DNA of 63,982 nt, filler included, from Octopus bimaculoides (GCF_001194135.2; 4 parts of 4 records of this genome joined end to end with filler, not necessarily neighbours in it), one strand, 5' to 3'. Shown: positions 27,476 to 39,039, numbered from the whole stretch's first letter. Numbers and translations: made by a program. Notes: a model not told the origin generated them from the letters alone.

Positions 27476-28178
27476 CGTTTAGAATGGTGTGAAAACCTAC
27501 AGAATTGGTCCCTAGAACAGTGGAAGAATGTTATTTTCTCGGACCAGTCATCCATTACCTTATTTCCGACCACCGGCCGAGTATACGTGTGGAGACAGCC
27601 AAAAAGAAGCATTTGGCCCAGACTGCTTTCTTCCAACTGTTAAACATGGAGGAATCTGTGATTATCTGGGTGGGGGAGTCTATATCTTGGAAATCCGCTG
27701 GCCCAATGGTTTCCCTCCATGGCAGAATTAACAGTCAAGACTATTTAAGCATTTTATCTGATCAAGTGCATTATATGGTTGTGGAACTATTTCCAAGAGG
27801 AAACGCAATCTTTCAGGATGATAATGCACCAATTCACACCGCTAAAGTTGTTACTGAATGGCACGAAGAACATTCTAGTGAAGTTGAACATCTTATCTGG
27901 CCACTACAGTCCCCAGATCTCAATATTACTGAATATTTATGGTGCATTTTAGAAAAACAATTAAGGAGTCGAGATCCTCCACTATCATCACTACAAGAAC
28001 TGGAGACTGTTTTAGTTGAAGAATGGACAAAAATTCCCTTGGAAACAATTCAAACTTTGTACGAGTCCATAATTCGTAGAATTCAAGCTGCAATTACTGC
28101 CAAGGGCGGGTCCAACCCCATATTAAAATTAATTTGTCTGAAATTTTAAGGTGTTTCCATTATTTTGTCCAACCCCTG
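27476..28178 (+). pseudogene. Tc1-like DNA transposon remnant with DD36E catalytic spacing and right TIR
   Basis: RLEWCENLQNWSLEQWKNVIFSDQS, two frameshifts, then FQDDNAPIH-(36 residues D to E)-SPDLNITE; right TIR 28150-28178 (reverse complement CAGGGGTTGGACAAAATAATGGAAACACC). Left end lost at the spacer gap. Confidence 0.92.
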
Positions 28179-28313
28179 CATATAGTCAAATCAAATAAAC
28201 AAACTATTCAAATAAATGAATAAAATATTTAAAAAAACGAAAGAAAAGGAAAACAATGAACGTAAGGACGTGCACAAGAAGTGTATTAGCTTGGCGCTCG
28301 GTGAAAATAGAGT

Positions 28314-28347
28314 GTTTAACGTTTCGAGCATTGCTCTTCGTCGGAAC
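28314..28347 (-). ncRNA. Minimal type I hammerhead-ribozyme-like motif (core U4->C variant)
   Basis: Minus strand GTT CCGACGA A GAGC AAT GCTC GAAAC GTTA AAC: stem II GAGC/GCTC, palindromic stem III AACGTT, stem I GTT/AAC; core reads CCGACGA instead of CUGANGA. Confidence 0.5.
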
Positions 28348-28520
28348 GAAGAAAGGGAAAAGTCCAAACAAGGAAAATAAATCGTACGTATGGTTATACA
28401 TAATGTATGAAATACACAATTACAAAAAAACACTGACATACAAACACACTTTCTGCCTGTACACCCATGTATGTATGTATGTATGTATGTATGTATGTAT
28501 GTATGTATCTATCTATTAAT

Positions 28521-28560
<40 letters not shown>

Positions 28561-28916
28561 ATGAGATTTTGAAGCGTATCTGTTTACTAAATTCCACTCG
28601 CAAGGTACCGACTAACCTTGCAGTGTCACAAAGCCCATGCTAAAATATATGTCTAACGTACAGTAAAGAAGAGGTATAAGATCGAACCCGGAACGTCATG
28701 GTTACAAGACAAACTTTTTCAAACGGCCATGTTTGTCTGCAAGTAATTTTAGAAATATTTGGCGAACAGTTTTGGTGTGAAATATCTCGCTTGCTGTAAT
28801 TACGGTTGTATTCTGTGGAACTTGTTACGTGTGATATTACGAAATGTGAGTGTGTCTGAGTGTGTATGCATGTACATGCATACATATCTATATGTATGTA
28901 TGTATGTATGTATGTA

Positions 28917-28959
<43 letters not shown>

Positions 28960-28962
<3 letters not shown>

Positions 28963-29052
28963 AGTAGAAGACACTTGCCCAAGGTGCCACGCAGTAGAAA
29001 TGAACCCGGAATCATGTGGTTGGGTAAGCGAGCTACTTATCATACAGCCGCT
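28960..29052 (-). mobile_element. SINE family A head, reverse
   Basis: AGAAGACACTTGCCCAAGGTGCCACGC...ATCATGTGGTTGGGTAAGC. Confidence 0.8.
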
Positions 29053-29405
29053 CATATATATATATATATTCATACGTATGTACGTATAAATGTGTCTATA
29101 TGCATACTCATATCATTACGAATGAATGAGTATGTGTGTGTGTATGTGAATGTTTAAAAGCATGTATGTTTAGAAATAGCTGTCAGTTAACATATGTATA
29201 TAAGCGGATTGTGTTGTATGGTTTTTCGGAATGGGAAAAATACTGTTATAGACGTGAGTGCGTGTGTATATCCTTTCTCTGTACACCAACATGTAGAATG
29301 ATTGAGCAGTTTACATTTCAGTGAAGTTCAATATGCTTAAAAATTCAAACATACACACACGTGTGTACTTGTGTTTGTATGTGTGTGTGTGTGCGTTGTG
29401 TGCGT

Positions 29406-29458
<53 letters not shown>

Positions 29459-29496
29459 CGTGTTGTGCGCGTGTGTGTTTGTACGCCTGTGTGTAT

Positions 29497-29574
<78 letters not shown>

Positions 29575-29646
29575 TCGCGTTCGCGTTGTGTACGTGTTTT
29601 TGTAAGTGTGCATCTGTGATATTGTGTTTGTGTGTGTGTTTTGTGT

Positions 29647-30808
29647 GCGACTCGAAACATACTCTCAGTTTATGGGAAAGAATGCTTGAATGAAAGAACT
29701 TGCAGAAGATGGTTTGCAAAATTCTGAAGTGGAAATTTCAGCCTTGAAGATGAAGATCGAACAGGACGTCCAGTTGAGTTTGATGATAAGCTCCTTGAGG
29801 CAATACTTGAAGAAAATNNNNNNNNNNNNNNNNNNNNNNNNNNNNNNNNNNNNNNNNNNNNNNNNNNNNNNNNNNNNNNNNNNNNNNNNNNNNNNNNNNN
29901 NNNNNNNNNNNNNNNNNNNNNNNNNNNNNNNNNNNNNNNNNNNNNNNNNNNNNNNNNNNNNNNNNNNNNNNNNNNNNNNNNNNNNNNNNNNNNNNNNNNN
30001 NNNNNNNNNNNNNNNNNNNNNNNNNNNNNNNNNNNNNNNNNNNNNNNNNNNNNNNNNNNNNNNNNNNNNNNNNNNNNNNNNNNNNNNNNNNNNNNNNNNN
30101 NNNNNNNNNNNNNNNNNNNNNNNNNNNNNNNNNNNNNNNNNNNNNNNNNNNNNNNNNNNNNNNNNNNNNNNNNNNNNNNNNNNNNNNNNNNNNNNNNNNN
30201 NNNNNNNNNNNNNNNNNNNNNNNNNNNNNNNNNNNNNNNNNNNNNNNNNNNNNNNNNNNNNNNNNNNNNNNNNNNNNNNNNNNNNNNNNNNNNNNNNNNN
30301 NNNNNNNNNNNNNNNNNNNNNNNNNNNNNNNNNNNNNNNNNNNNNNNNNNNNNNNNNNNNNNNNNNNNNNNNNNNNNNNNNNNNNNNNNNNNNNNNNNNN
30401 NNNNNNNNNNNNNNNNNNNNNNNNNNNNNNNNNNNNNNNNNNNNNNNNNNNNNNNNNNNNNNNNNNNNNNNNNNNNNNNNNNNNNNNNNNNNNNNNNNNN
30501 NNNNNNNNNNNNNNNNNNNNNNNNNNNNNNNNNNNNNNNNNNNNNNNNNNNNNNNNNNNNNNNNNNNNNNNNNNNNNNNNNNNNNNNNNNNNNNNNNNNN
30601 NNNNNNNNNNNNNNNNNNNNNNNNNNNNNNNNNNNNNNNNNNCAAAAGAGTTTTACATTGATGGGATTAAACAGCTTGTAAATAGATAGAAGGAAGTCAT
30701 AGATAATCAGGGAAAGTACATTGAGGATTAATTTTCAATTAAATATAACATTTGATCACTTGTTTTCTTTGTTCAAAATTCGGACAGAACTTATGGGATG
30801 ACCTGATA
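29647..30808 (+). pseudogene. Mariner transposon remnant spanning an 825-N gap, with right TIR and TA
   Basis: Left: [41 protein letters not shown]. Right: KEFYIDGIKQLVNR*KEVIDNQGKYIED*, then TIR ...CGGACAGAACTTATGGGATGACCTGA followed by TA (30807-30808). Confidence 0.85.
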
Positions 30809-31439
30809 ACTCACGTCCATTGTCCGGAAATCTTTCGTCACACATCTGTGACCTCTTCAGCGACATTTTCCGTGGTGCTCCAGCATGACCACAGCCACCT
30901 GGCTGAAACATATAAAGGAATAAAAGAACATATGTGCATGTATGTGTGTGTGTGTGTTTGTGCGTGTGTTTGTGTGTGTGTCTGTGTGTGTTTTTCCATT
31001 TAAAAGTAGCCATTAATTTCTCGTTCCGCGGTTCATTTTGTGGAATTCTCCCCCTCTTTCCACATTTCCGATTCTGTTTCAACCTTTCAATTTCCATGTT
31101 ACAACTCAGCTTCTTCTTTCAGCCAGAAACAAAACATTTAAATATTGAATTAACCAAAGTTCAGAATTCGCTCTATTTCCCTTTCTTTTCTTCTCTGTTT
31201 TTTTTTTATTTCTACTATTTATTCATTTAGTTTATGCATGCATGCATGCATGTGTATGTATGTATATAGTTATGTGTGTGCGTGTGTGTGTATTCGTTTT
31301 ATTTCTTAATTTATTATTCATCGCTTTTAAAATTCTATTTCTACTTTTAAATCCATCAATATTTTTTTTAAATTTGAATTTATTTTTTGGCCTTTTCTCT
31401 CTTTTCTCCTTTCTCCTTTCTCCTTTCCTTTTCCTCCTC

Positions 31440-31781
31440 CTTCTCGTCCTTCTTGTTCTTCTTGTTCTTCTTCTTGTTCTTCTTCTTGTTCTTCTTCTTG
31501 TTCTTCTTCTTGTTCTTCTTGTTCTTGTTCTTGTTCTTGTTCTTGTTCTTGTTCTTGTTCTTCTTCTTCTTCTTCTTCTTCTTCTTCTTCTTCTTCTTCT
31601 TCTTCTTCTTCTTCNNNNNNNNNNTGTTCTTCTTCTTGTTCTTCTTCTTGTTCTTCTTCTTGTTCTTCTTCTTGTTCTTCTTGTTCTTGTTCTTGTTCTT
31701 GTTCTTGTTCTTGTTCTTGTTCTTCTTCTTCTTCTTCTTCTTCTTCTTCTTCTTCTTCTTCTTCTTCTTCTTCTTCTTCTT
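31440..31781. repeat. Compound (CTT)n/(CTTGTT)n repeat, repeated either side of a 10-N gap
   Basis: Directly visible; produces the spurious poly-E/Q ORF 31327-31809. Confidence 0.9.
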
Positions 31782-31863
31782 TGTCTCTCTTTTCCACCCT
31801 CTCTTTCAATCTTTTACTTTCTCCTTCTCTATTTCCCTCTGTCTGTCTGTCTGTCTGTCTGTC

Positions 31864-31944
<81 letters not shown>

Positions 31945-32913
31945 TCCGATTTACTTTTTCATTTCTCCCTTTAAAAAACAATCTATTACCCAAAAGCTGT
32001 ATCTCAATCATTCTAACAGTCTCCTTTCTTTCTTTTTATCTCTCTCTCNNNNNNNNNNNNNNNNNNNNNNNNNNNNNNNNNNNNNNNNNNNNNNNNNNNN
32101 NNNNNNNNNNNNNNNNNNNNNNNNNNNNNNNNNNNNNNNNNNNNNNNNNNNNNNNNNNNNNNNNNNNNNNNNNNNNNNNNNNNNNNNNNNNNNNNNNNNN
32201 NNNNNNNNNNNNNNNNNNNNNNNNNNNNNNNNNNNNNNNNNNNNNNNNNNNNNNNNNNNNNNNNNNNNNNNNNNNNNNNNNNNNNNNNNNNNNNNNNNNN
32301 NNNNNNNNNNNNNNNNNNNNNNNNNNNNNNNNNNNNNNNNNNNNNNNNNNNNNNNNNNNNNNNNNNNNNNNNNNNNNNNNNNNNNNNNNNNNNNNNNNNN
32401 NNNNNNNNNNNNNNNNNNNNNNNNNNNNNNNNNNNNNNNNNNNNNNNNNNNNNNNTATATATAAAATACATATATATATAAAATACACAGGACATCACCA
32501 ACGAGTGAGAGATACGTAAACACACGATAGATTAGTACAGGACAAAATACCGAGAGAAGATAACTCCTCGTCAGTTGTCGACTGTTTTACTTCGCCCTAT
32601 TTCGTGCTTTTAACGACAAGATAGGAAAACTTCATAAGACAGCAGCATCCAAAAATTTTAAAAATATAAAATTTATGGTGAGTTAGACTTCGAACGAACA
32701 AACAACAACAGAGTGGTTGTACAGAGTAAACAATCGAGGAAGACAAACATTAAGGGCCGTTAGGCCAAGACGAATTGTAATGGGTAACGCCTGGGAGAAA
32801 TTTTGGAAGGATATAGAACAGAAGAAAATAGAAGAGAAAAAATGTCGGAAGGCGAGAGAAATAACGTCCAGCTAGGTGGACGTCTCGTCCAGAAAAGACA
32901 GAGGCGTGTATGC

Positions 32914-32958
<45 letters not shown>

Positions 32959-32967
32959 CGTGTGTTT

Positions 32968-33172
32968 ATTCCTCCACGCCACTTCACAACCAGTATTGTC
33001 TTGTTTACCTCCTCGTAATTGGCGGTTCGGTAAAAGTGACCGATAGAATAAGTACCAGACTTTAAAAAACAATAATACACACTGCGGGTCGATTTCCGCG
33101 ACTAAAACGCTTGAAAGCGATGCCCCAGCATGGCCGCAGTGCAATGATCGAAACAAGTAGAAGATAAAAGAG
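32968..33172 (+). mobile_element. SINE family A tail after (TG)n
   Basis: GGCGGTTCGGTAAAAG.GACCGATAGAATAAGTACC...CCAGCATGGCCGCAG...GAAACAAGTA. Confidence 0.75.
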
Positions 33173-33284
33173 AAAACAATACAAATTTGTGAGAGAATTG
33201 GACAGAAAATGTCTCCACATTGAATAGAAACGAGTGTTTCAGTTTATTGCGTTTGTCTCTTGGAATACTTTTCGAAATAAAAGA

Positions 33285-33348
<64 letters not shown>

Positions 33349-33744
33349 GAGAGAGAGATAGGGGGAAAGTGGGTGAGTATCTCACCATATGTAGTTCTTT
33401 ACGCTAAATACATGCAAATACAATTATAATTCTGTACAATCTGGAATTGTTATGTCTCTGAAGAACGATTTAAAAAAAATTCTGGTATGTTCTATAAAGT
33501 TTTTATAACAATTGAGATTTACTGTTGTTGTTGTTGTTGTTGTTTTTGTTAGCGTTGTTTGTTTGTTTTTGTTTTTGATTTTCTTTTGTTATGGTTTTGT
33601 TTGGATTTTTCGCTTTTCACAATTGAAAGTTTCATGAAAGAGATTGAATTCCTGATAGCTATACCAGTCGATTAACGGATTTTTTAAAAGGGAAAACACC
33701 AGCAGCAGCAGCAGCAAAAAGAAATACAGTATTAATAATAATCA

Positions 33745-33954
33745 TTTCTACTAGAGGCACAAGGCCTGAGATTTGTGGGGAGGGGAAATGTTGATTACAT
33801 CGACCCCAGTGTTCAACTGGTACTTAATTTATCGACCCCGAAAGGATGAATGGCAAAGTCGACCTCGGCGGAATTTGAATTCAGAACGTCAAGACGGACG
33901 AAATGCCGTTAAGCACTTTGCCCGGTGCAGTAACGATTCTGTCAGCTCGCTGCC

Positions 33955-33956
<2 letters not shown>
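33745..33956 (-). mobile_element. SINE family B, full length
   Basis: Complete reverse-complement copy followed by (AAT)n(AGT)n. Confidence 0.9.
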
Positions 33957-34044
<88 letters not shown>

Positions 34045-34417
34045 ATAATAATAAGAATATATGTTGATATTTTTCAGGGGTGGGGATAGTTGATTACTCG
34101 ACTGCTATTTACTTTACCGGCCCCAANNNNNNNNNNNNNNNNNNNNNNNNNNNNNNNNNNNNNNNNNNNNNNNNNNNNNNNNNNNNNNNNNNNNNNNNNN
34201 NNNNNNNNNNNNNNNNNNNNNNNNNNNNNNNNNNNNNNNNNNNNNNNNNNNNNNNNNNNNNNNNNNNNNNNNNNNNNNNNNNNNNNNNNNNNNNNNNNNN
34301 NNNNNNNNNNNNNNNNNNNNNNNNNNNNNNNNNNNNNNNNNNNNNNNNNNNNNNNNNNNNNNNNNNNNNNNNNNNNNNNNNNNNNNNNNNNNNNNNNNNN
34401 NNNNNNNNNNNNNNNNN

Positions 34418-34800
34418 CTTTGGCACACCGTCGCTTACGACGTCGAGGGCTCCAGTTGATCCGATTGGCGGAACAGCCTGCTCGTGAAATTAACGTGCAA
34501 GTGGCTGAGCACTCCACAGACACGTGTACCCTTAACGTAGTTCTCGGGGATATTCAGCGTGACACGGTGTGACAAGGTTGACTCTTTGAATTACAGGCAG
34601 AACAGAAACAGGAAGAAAGAGTGAGAGAAATTTGTGGTGAAAGAGTACAGCAGGGTTCGCCACCATCCCCTGCCGGAGCCTCGTGGAGCTTTAGGTGTTT
34701 TCGCTCAATAAACACTCACAACGCCCGGTCTGGGAATCGAAACCGCGTTCCTATGACCACGAGTCCGCTACCCTAACCACTGGGCCATTGCGCCGCCACA
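34418..34800 (-). mobile_element. SINE family C (tRNA-derived), near full length
   Basis: Reverse-complement head GGCGCAATGGCCCAGTGGTTAGGGTAG...GGTTTCGATTCCC; about 90% identical by eye to 36303-36553. Confidence 0.9.
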
Positions 34801-35439
34801 ATACATAGTATATACATAGCCTTATGGACAGATGACGTCACAGAAAGCCGACTCCTAGCAAATAGGCTTCGAAGATGGAGTGACCTCTCACCCGACCCGT
34901 CTCCGTTCTTACCAACAACACAGAAGAACATCTGATAAAGCTGACTTTATCACACTCGTCAACGTAAGTGTACCTGACGTACGCGCAGCAGATGAAAACG
35001 CAAGGAATTGCGTACAGCGAATACAAGGAAATGCGTAGAGCGAATCTATAGCGTTCACGACACATGTAAGAAGACATAGCGATGAAAAGAAAACGGCGCT
35101 GAAAGATCCCAAGAACTCTCGTAGGCACCGCACCTCGCTATAACACATACACACACTTATGCATGTATGCACAAACGCATACGCAATGAATAGCAAGGCA
35201 GGCGATGTGTTAGACTTCTTCTAGAATCTGGGCTCTCATTTATTCGCAACAAATCGCACCAAGCAACGAGGGCAACAAAACCAGCGGCCTTCGCAACAGC
35301 AAAGACTGTACATAACACAAGTGGATGCAAAGAAGCGACAACAGCAACGGCGGCAGCGGCAGCGGCAGCAGCAGCAGCAGTGGAAGCAGCAACAACAACA
35401 ACAACAACAACAACAACTACAAAAGCAGGAGCAACAACT

Positions 35440-35640
35440 GTGTTTGACTGCCTCCACCGCTTGATAACCGGTGTTGGTTTGTTTACGCCGTTGTAGTTTA
35501 GCGGTTCGGCAAATGAGGGCCCCGATTGAATTCGTAACCAAGCTTAAAAAGAAATAAGTACCAGGATTACCGGGATCGATGTCTAGGCGGTGCTCCAGCA
35601 TGGCATGAGACCAATGACTGAAACAAATAGAAAATATAAG
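35440..35640 (+). mobile_element. SINE family A tail
   Basis: TTGATAACCGGTGTTGG...AGCGGTTCGGCAAA...GGCGGTGCTCCAGCATGGC...ATGACTGAAACAA. Confidence 0.75.
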
Positions 35641-36046
35641 AATTAAGAGAAATAAAAAAGACAGGAAAAGCTTCATTCGACATACGCCAACGAAAAACAA
35701 AAAATATATATATATGTATATATATACATATATAAACAAAGAAATAAAATAACAACAGAAGGTGTATCAATACATGACAGAATCAGATTAATTTTGACAT
35801 TGTAGTAAATACAATTATCAAACGTTTAGCATTATCGAAAACATGTCAGAAATTTTCATTGCAAGCAGGAATCTCGACTGACTGGAGAACGTCCGAAAAT
35901 ATTATTTGATGATAAAAGAGATATTTTAAAATGACTGACGAGATTATAGAGTATCTGCTGACAACTTAAGCAATATCTCCATAAATAACAACAACAACAA
36001 CAACAACAACAACAGCAGCAGCAGCAGCTACAACATGAACAGTGAT

Positions 36047-36266
36047 GGTTTTAAATTTTTGGCCCAAGGTCAGTAAGTTCAGTGAAAGAAGTAAGTCGAT
36101 TACAACAATTCCAGTGCTCAACTGGAACTTATTTTATCGACCCCGACCCTCCTGCCGGAAAGAATAAAAAGCAAAGTCGACCTCGGCGGGATTTGAACTC
36201 AGAACGTGAAAAGACGGACGAAATATTGCGAAACGTTTTGTTCGGCGTGTTAACGATTCTGCTAGC
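36047..36266 (-). mobile_element. SINE family B
   Basis: AAAGTCGACCTCGGCGGGATTTGAACTCAGAACG...TTAACGATTCTGCTAGC. Confidence 0.85.
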
Positions 36267-36302
36267 AGATAATCTCTTTCGCCACAGCTACCATGCTTTA
36301 CC

Positions 36303-36553
36303 GTGGAGGCGGAATGGCCCAGAGGTTAGGGTAGCGGACTCGCGGTCATAGGATCGCGGTTTCGATTCCCAGACAGGGCGTTGTGAGTGTTTATTGAGCG
36401 AAAACACCTAAAGCTCCACGAGGCTCCAATAGGGGATGGTGGCGAACCCTGCTGTACTCATTTACCACAACTTTCTCTCACTCTTACTTCCTGTTTCTGT
36501 TGTGCTTGTAATTCGAAGGGTCAGCCTTGTCACACTGCGTCACGCTGAATATC
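36303..36553 (+). mobile_element. SINE family C, 3'-truncated
   Basis: Head and body match 34418-34800 up to GCTGAATATC, then switch directly to LINE sequence. Confidence 0.88.
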
Positions 36554-37500
36554 TGGAAATTTCTGAGCAGGTTATCGAGGCTTTCACATCCCTTCTGCTA
36601 TACGCTAGACCCGCACAGTCCTTTCGTGCGTCCAAAACACTATTCCAGTCCCCCACTAGTACTAAAGTGCGAGACGTTCCCAAGAGTGTTTGTGGACGCC
36701 TGAAGAAATCTAGCCTTCCAACCTCTGCCGGGTCATAAACGGCTACCGGTCTAAAGGCGTCACCTTCGCAGCCATTCACATCCAGGACCACTACCTGACC
36801 ATCCAGGTCCAAGAAGATTGCCCGTACTTGGAAATCTAAGGATTTCCAGAATAGCACTGCTACACTGCCACACGATAGACCACAAGATGAGAATATCTCG
36901 ATAGACCACAAGGTGAGAATATCCCATTGTCTTCGAAGATGGCTGCTAGAGCATGCTTCCCGGAAATTCTTGATTCACTAATGGCGGCTACATCTAAATC
37001 CAGCGGCCTGAGATCGTTGAGCAAGTGAGCTTGCTTCCAAGCTGGTCCCAGGTTAGGCACATTCACACACTCCACTCAAGGCGTTGGTCGTGATAGGCAT
37101 TTTTGAATTTAGATCTCAGCCGCTTTTTTCACCCGGCGTGACTGTGTTCCGATGCAGCGGTATGTAACCGTGCATCTCAAAATGTTTTCGAGCGCCTGTG
37201 GAGGAGGGCTGGGGGCTCCTCTTCTATTTCTTTTTACAATTTGTCTGGCCAGTTTTAAATCTTCTTTAATCTATGGAGAAATTTTCCAGATTTCTTGCAG
37301 CAACCGCAAGAGAAATCTACTTTCCAGGATCTCTATCATGACTGTAGTTACTTTAGTGGCAGCAACGGACTCGGCGGCGGTGGTGGTGTTCGAGTTTCTT
37401 TCAAAATTTTCTTTGTTTTCCTTTTCTTCTTTAGAATTGTTCTTGGTATTGTTGTTGATGATAATCATGGTGTTGTTGTTGCCGACATTGCCGAATGTGT
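36554..37500 (-). pseudogene. Tx1/L1-type LINE remnant: APE endonuclease N-terminus and probable ORF1 tail
   Basis: CVNVPNLGPAWKQAHLLNDLRPLDLDVAAISES and VVVLDV...VAVY...LVLVGDWNSVLD are APE endonuclease motifs; frameshifted. The ORF1 assignment of 37110-37500 is inference. Confidence 0.8.
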
Positions 37501-37954
37501 CGTTGAATTATTGATTTGCTAAACTGTCAAATATTTCGAAGCTGCTAGCAGACAAAAATGTATTACTTTCTGTTTGATTTCGCTGCCGTGGTGGTGACGT
37601 CATTTATTACAGTCAACGCTGCGTCAGTATTGCTTTTCGGACAAAGAACGCGTCGCGCCATCGAACATTATTATCCATTGTTGATCCGTCATGTTTTAAA
37701 ATATTTGGAAAATAGCAAAATCTTTCCTTTTTCTAGAAAGTTAAAAAGTGCGCACACTCTGAAAACAAGTGGTATCTCTAAACAGAAATACAACCAGCGT
37801 AGTCCAGGCAATGATAAAAACAAGACTGTACTAATCAAAATGAAGGAATGGGGCCTTAACAGGCTGAAAAGACTAAAAGCGCTCTTACGACTTACGGAGC
37901 TCCCAGTCAGCGTGTCTTTTCAGTACGGCAGTCATAATAATAATAATAATAATA

Positions 37955-37985
<31 letters not shown>

Positions 37986-37995
37986 TGATAATAAT

Positions 37996-38193
37996 GGTTC
38001 GAAATTTTGCCACAAGGGCAGCAATTTTTTGGGAGGGGATGAGTCGATCATATCGACCCCAATGTGTAACTGGTACTTAATTTATCGATCCTGAAAGGAT
38101 GAAAAGCAAAGTCGACCTTGGCGGAATTTGAACTCAGAAATACCGCTAAGCATTTCGTCCGGCGAACTAACGATTCTGTCAGCTGGACGCCTT
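37996..38193 (-). mobile_element. SINE family B in an (AAT)n/(GAT)n tract
   Basis: Reverse-complement copy with a small internal deletion. Confidence 0.85.
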
Positions 38194-38223
38194 AATAATG
38201 ATGATGATGATGATGATGATGAC

Positions 38224-38272
<49 letters not shown>

Positions 38273-38320
38273 TTGATGATGATGATGATGATGATGATAA
38301 TAATAATAATAATAATGATG

Positions 38321-38426
38321 CATGTGTCTGGTGCACCCTTATCAGACGGGTAGTCATGATGGGTATAATGGGCTTCGTATATTTTACCCCAGTGTCACTT
38401 TGATGGCATGCACTGCTGTCTCACTC

Positions 38427-38427
<1 letters not shown>
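38321..38427 (+). mobile_element. Unclassified short element E ending in (AAT)n
   Basis: About 105-bp non-simple insert between (GAT/AAT)n and (AAT)n, ending CTCACTCAATAATAAT; single copy in the window. Confidence 0.35.
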
Positions 38428-38482
<55 letters not shown>

Positions 38483-38483
38483 T

Positions 38484-38690
38484 CCTTTCTACAATCGGCA
38501 TGAGGGCTGGATTTTGTGCGGAGGGTGACAGTCGATCAGATCGACCCCAGTGTTTCACTGACACTTAATTTATCGACCCCCAAAGGATGAACGGCAAAGT
38601 TGACCTCGGCGGAACTTGAACTCAGAACGTAGCGACGGGTGAAATACTGCTAAGCATGTCGTCCAACGTGCTAACGGTCCTGCCAGCTCA
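38484..38690 (-). mobile_element. SINE family B
   Basis: Full reverse-complement copy after (AAT)n. Confidence 0.85.
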
Positions 38691-38804
38691 ACAACAACAA
38701 TATTAATCTGTGAACATTATCAAAAGTACTTTTAAATGTACATAATAACAAACACCTATTACTGTCATCTTTAAGATCACACTGTCATCTCATCATCAAA
38801 TTAC

Positions 38805-38977
38805 TTTTAAAACAAACTTCTAATTCACTTATGTTTTGACAGACATTCTCTAGAACAATGCTCTGTGTAAAACCGAATATATGACACCCTAGGCATAGCA
38901 CTCACTTGAACTTCTAGCTTGTCTCTTGGGGGTCTCTGGGTGAGTCAACTTGTACACATACAGAGCGAAAGCCAAAC

Positions 38978-38980
<3 letters not shown>
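38805..38980 (+). mobile_element. R4/Dong 3' UTR fragment with (AAT)n tail
   Basis: ACATTCTCTAGAACAAT...CCTAGGCATA...GAACTTCTA.CTTG...GGTCTCTGGGTGAG...CAAACATA aligns with 13581-13760. Confidence 0.8.
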
Positions 38981-39030
<50 letters not shown>

Positions 39031-39039
39031 GTTTCTTAT

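Noticed and set aside
27505-28149. 214-aa ORF as an intact transposase gene
   Set aside because: Its N-terminal part is out of frame; the first catalytic D lies in another frame, with two frameshifts.
31327-31809. Poly-Glu/Gln acidic protein ORF
   Set aside because: It is the antisense of a (CTT)/(CTTGTT) repeat interrupted by a gap; no splice or flanking coding support.
32540-32590. CTGACGA on the minus strand as a hammerhead
   Set aside because: A stem II-like hairpin follows, but there is no GAAA segment.
32700-32810. RTE C-terminal remnant (TEW...RGRQ...W); similar faint traces at 53950-54140 and a CR1-like NVWN..P at 59670-59710
   Set aside because: Suggestive, but too few matching residues to list as features without a profile search.
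34730-34800. tRNA gene calls at SINE heads (also 36303, 3080, 20884)
   Set aside because: A/B boxes are present, but there is no complete cloverleaf and each continues into a SINE body.
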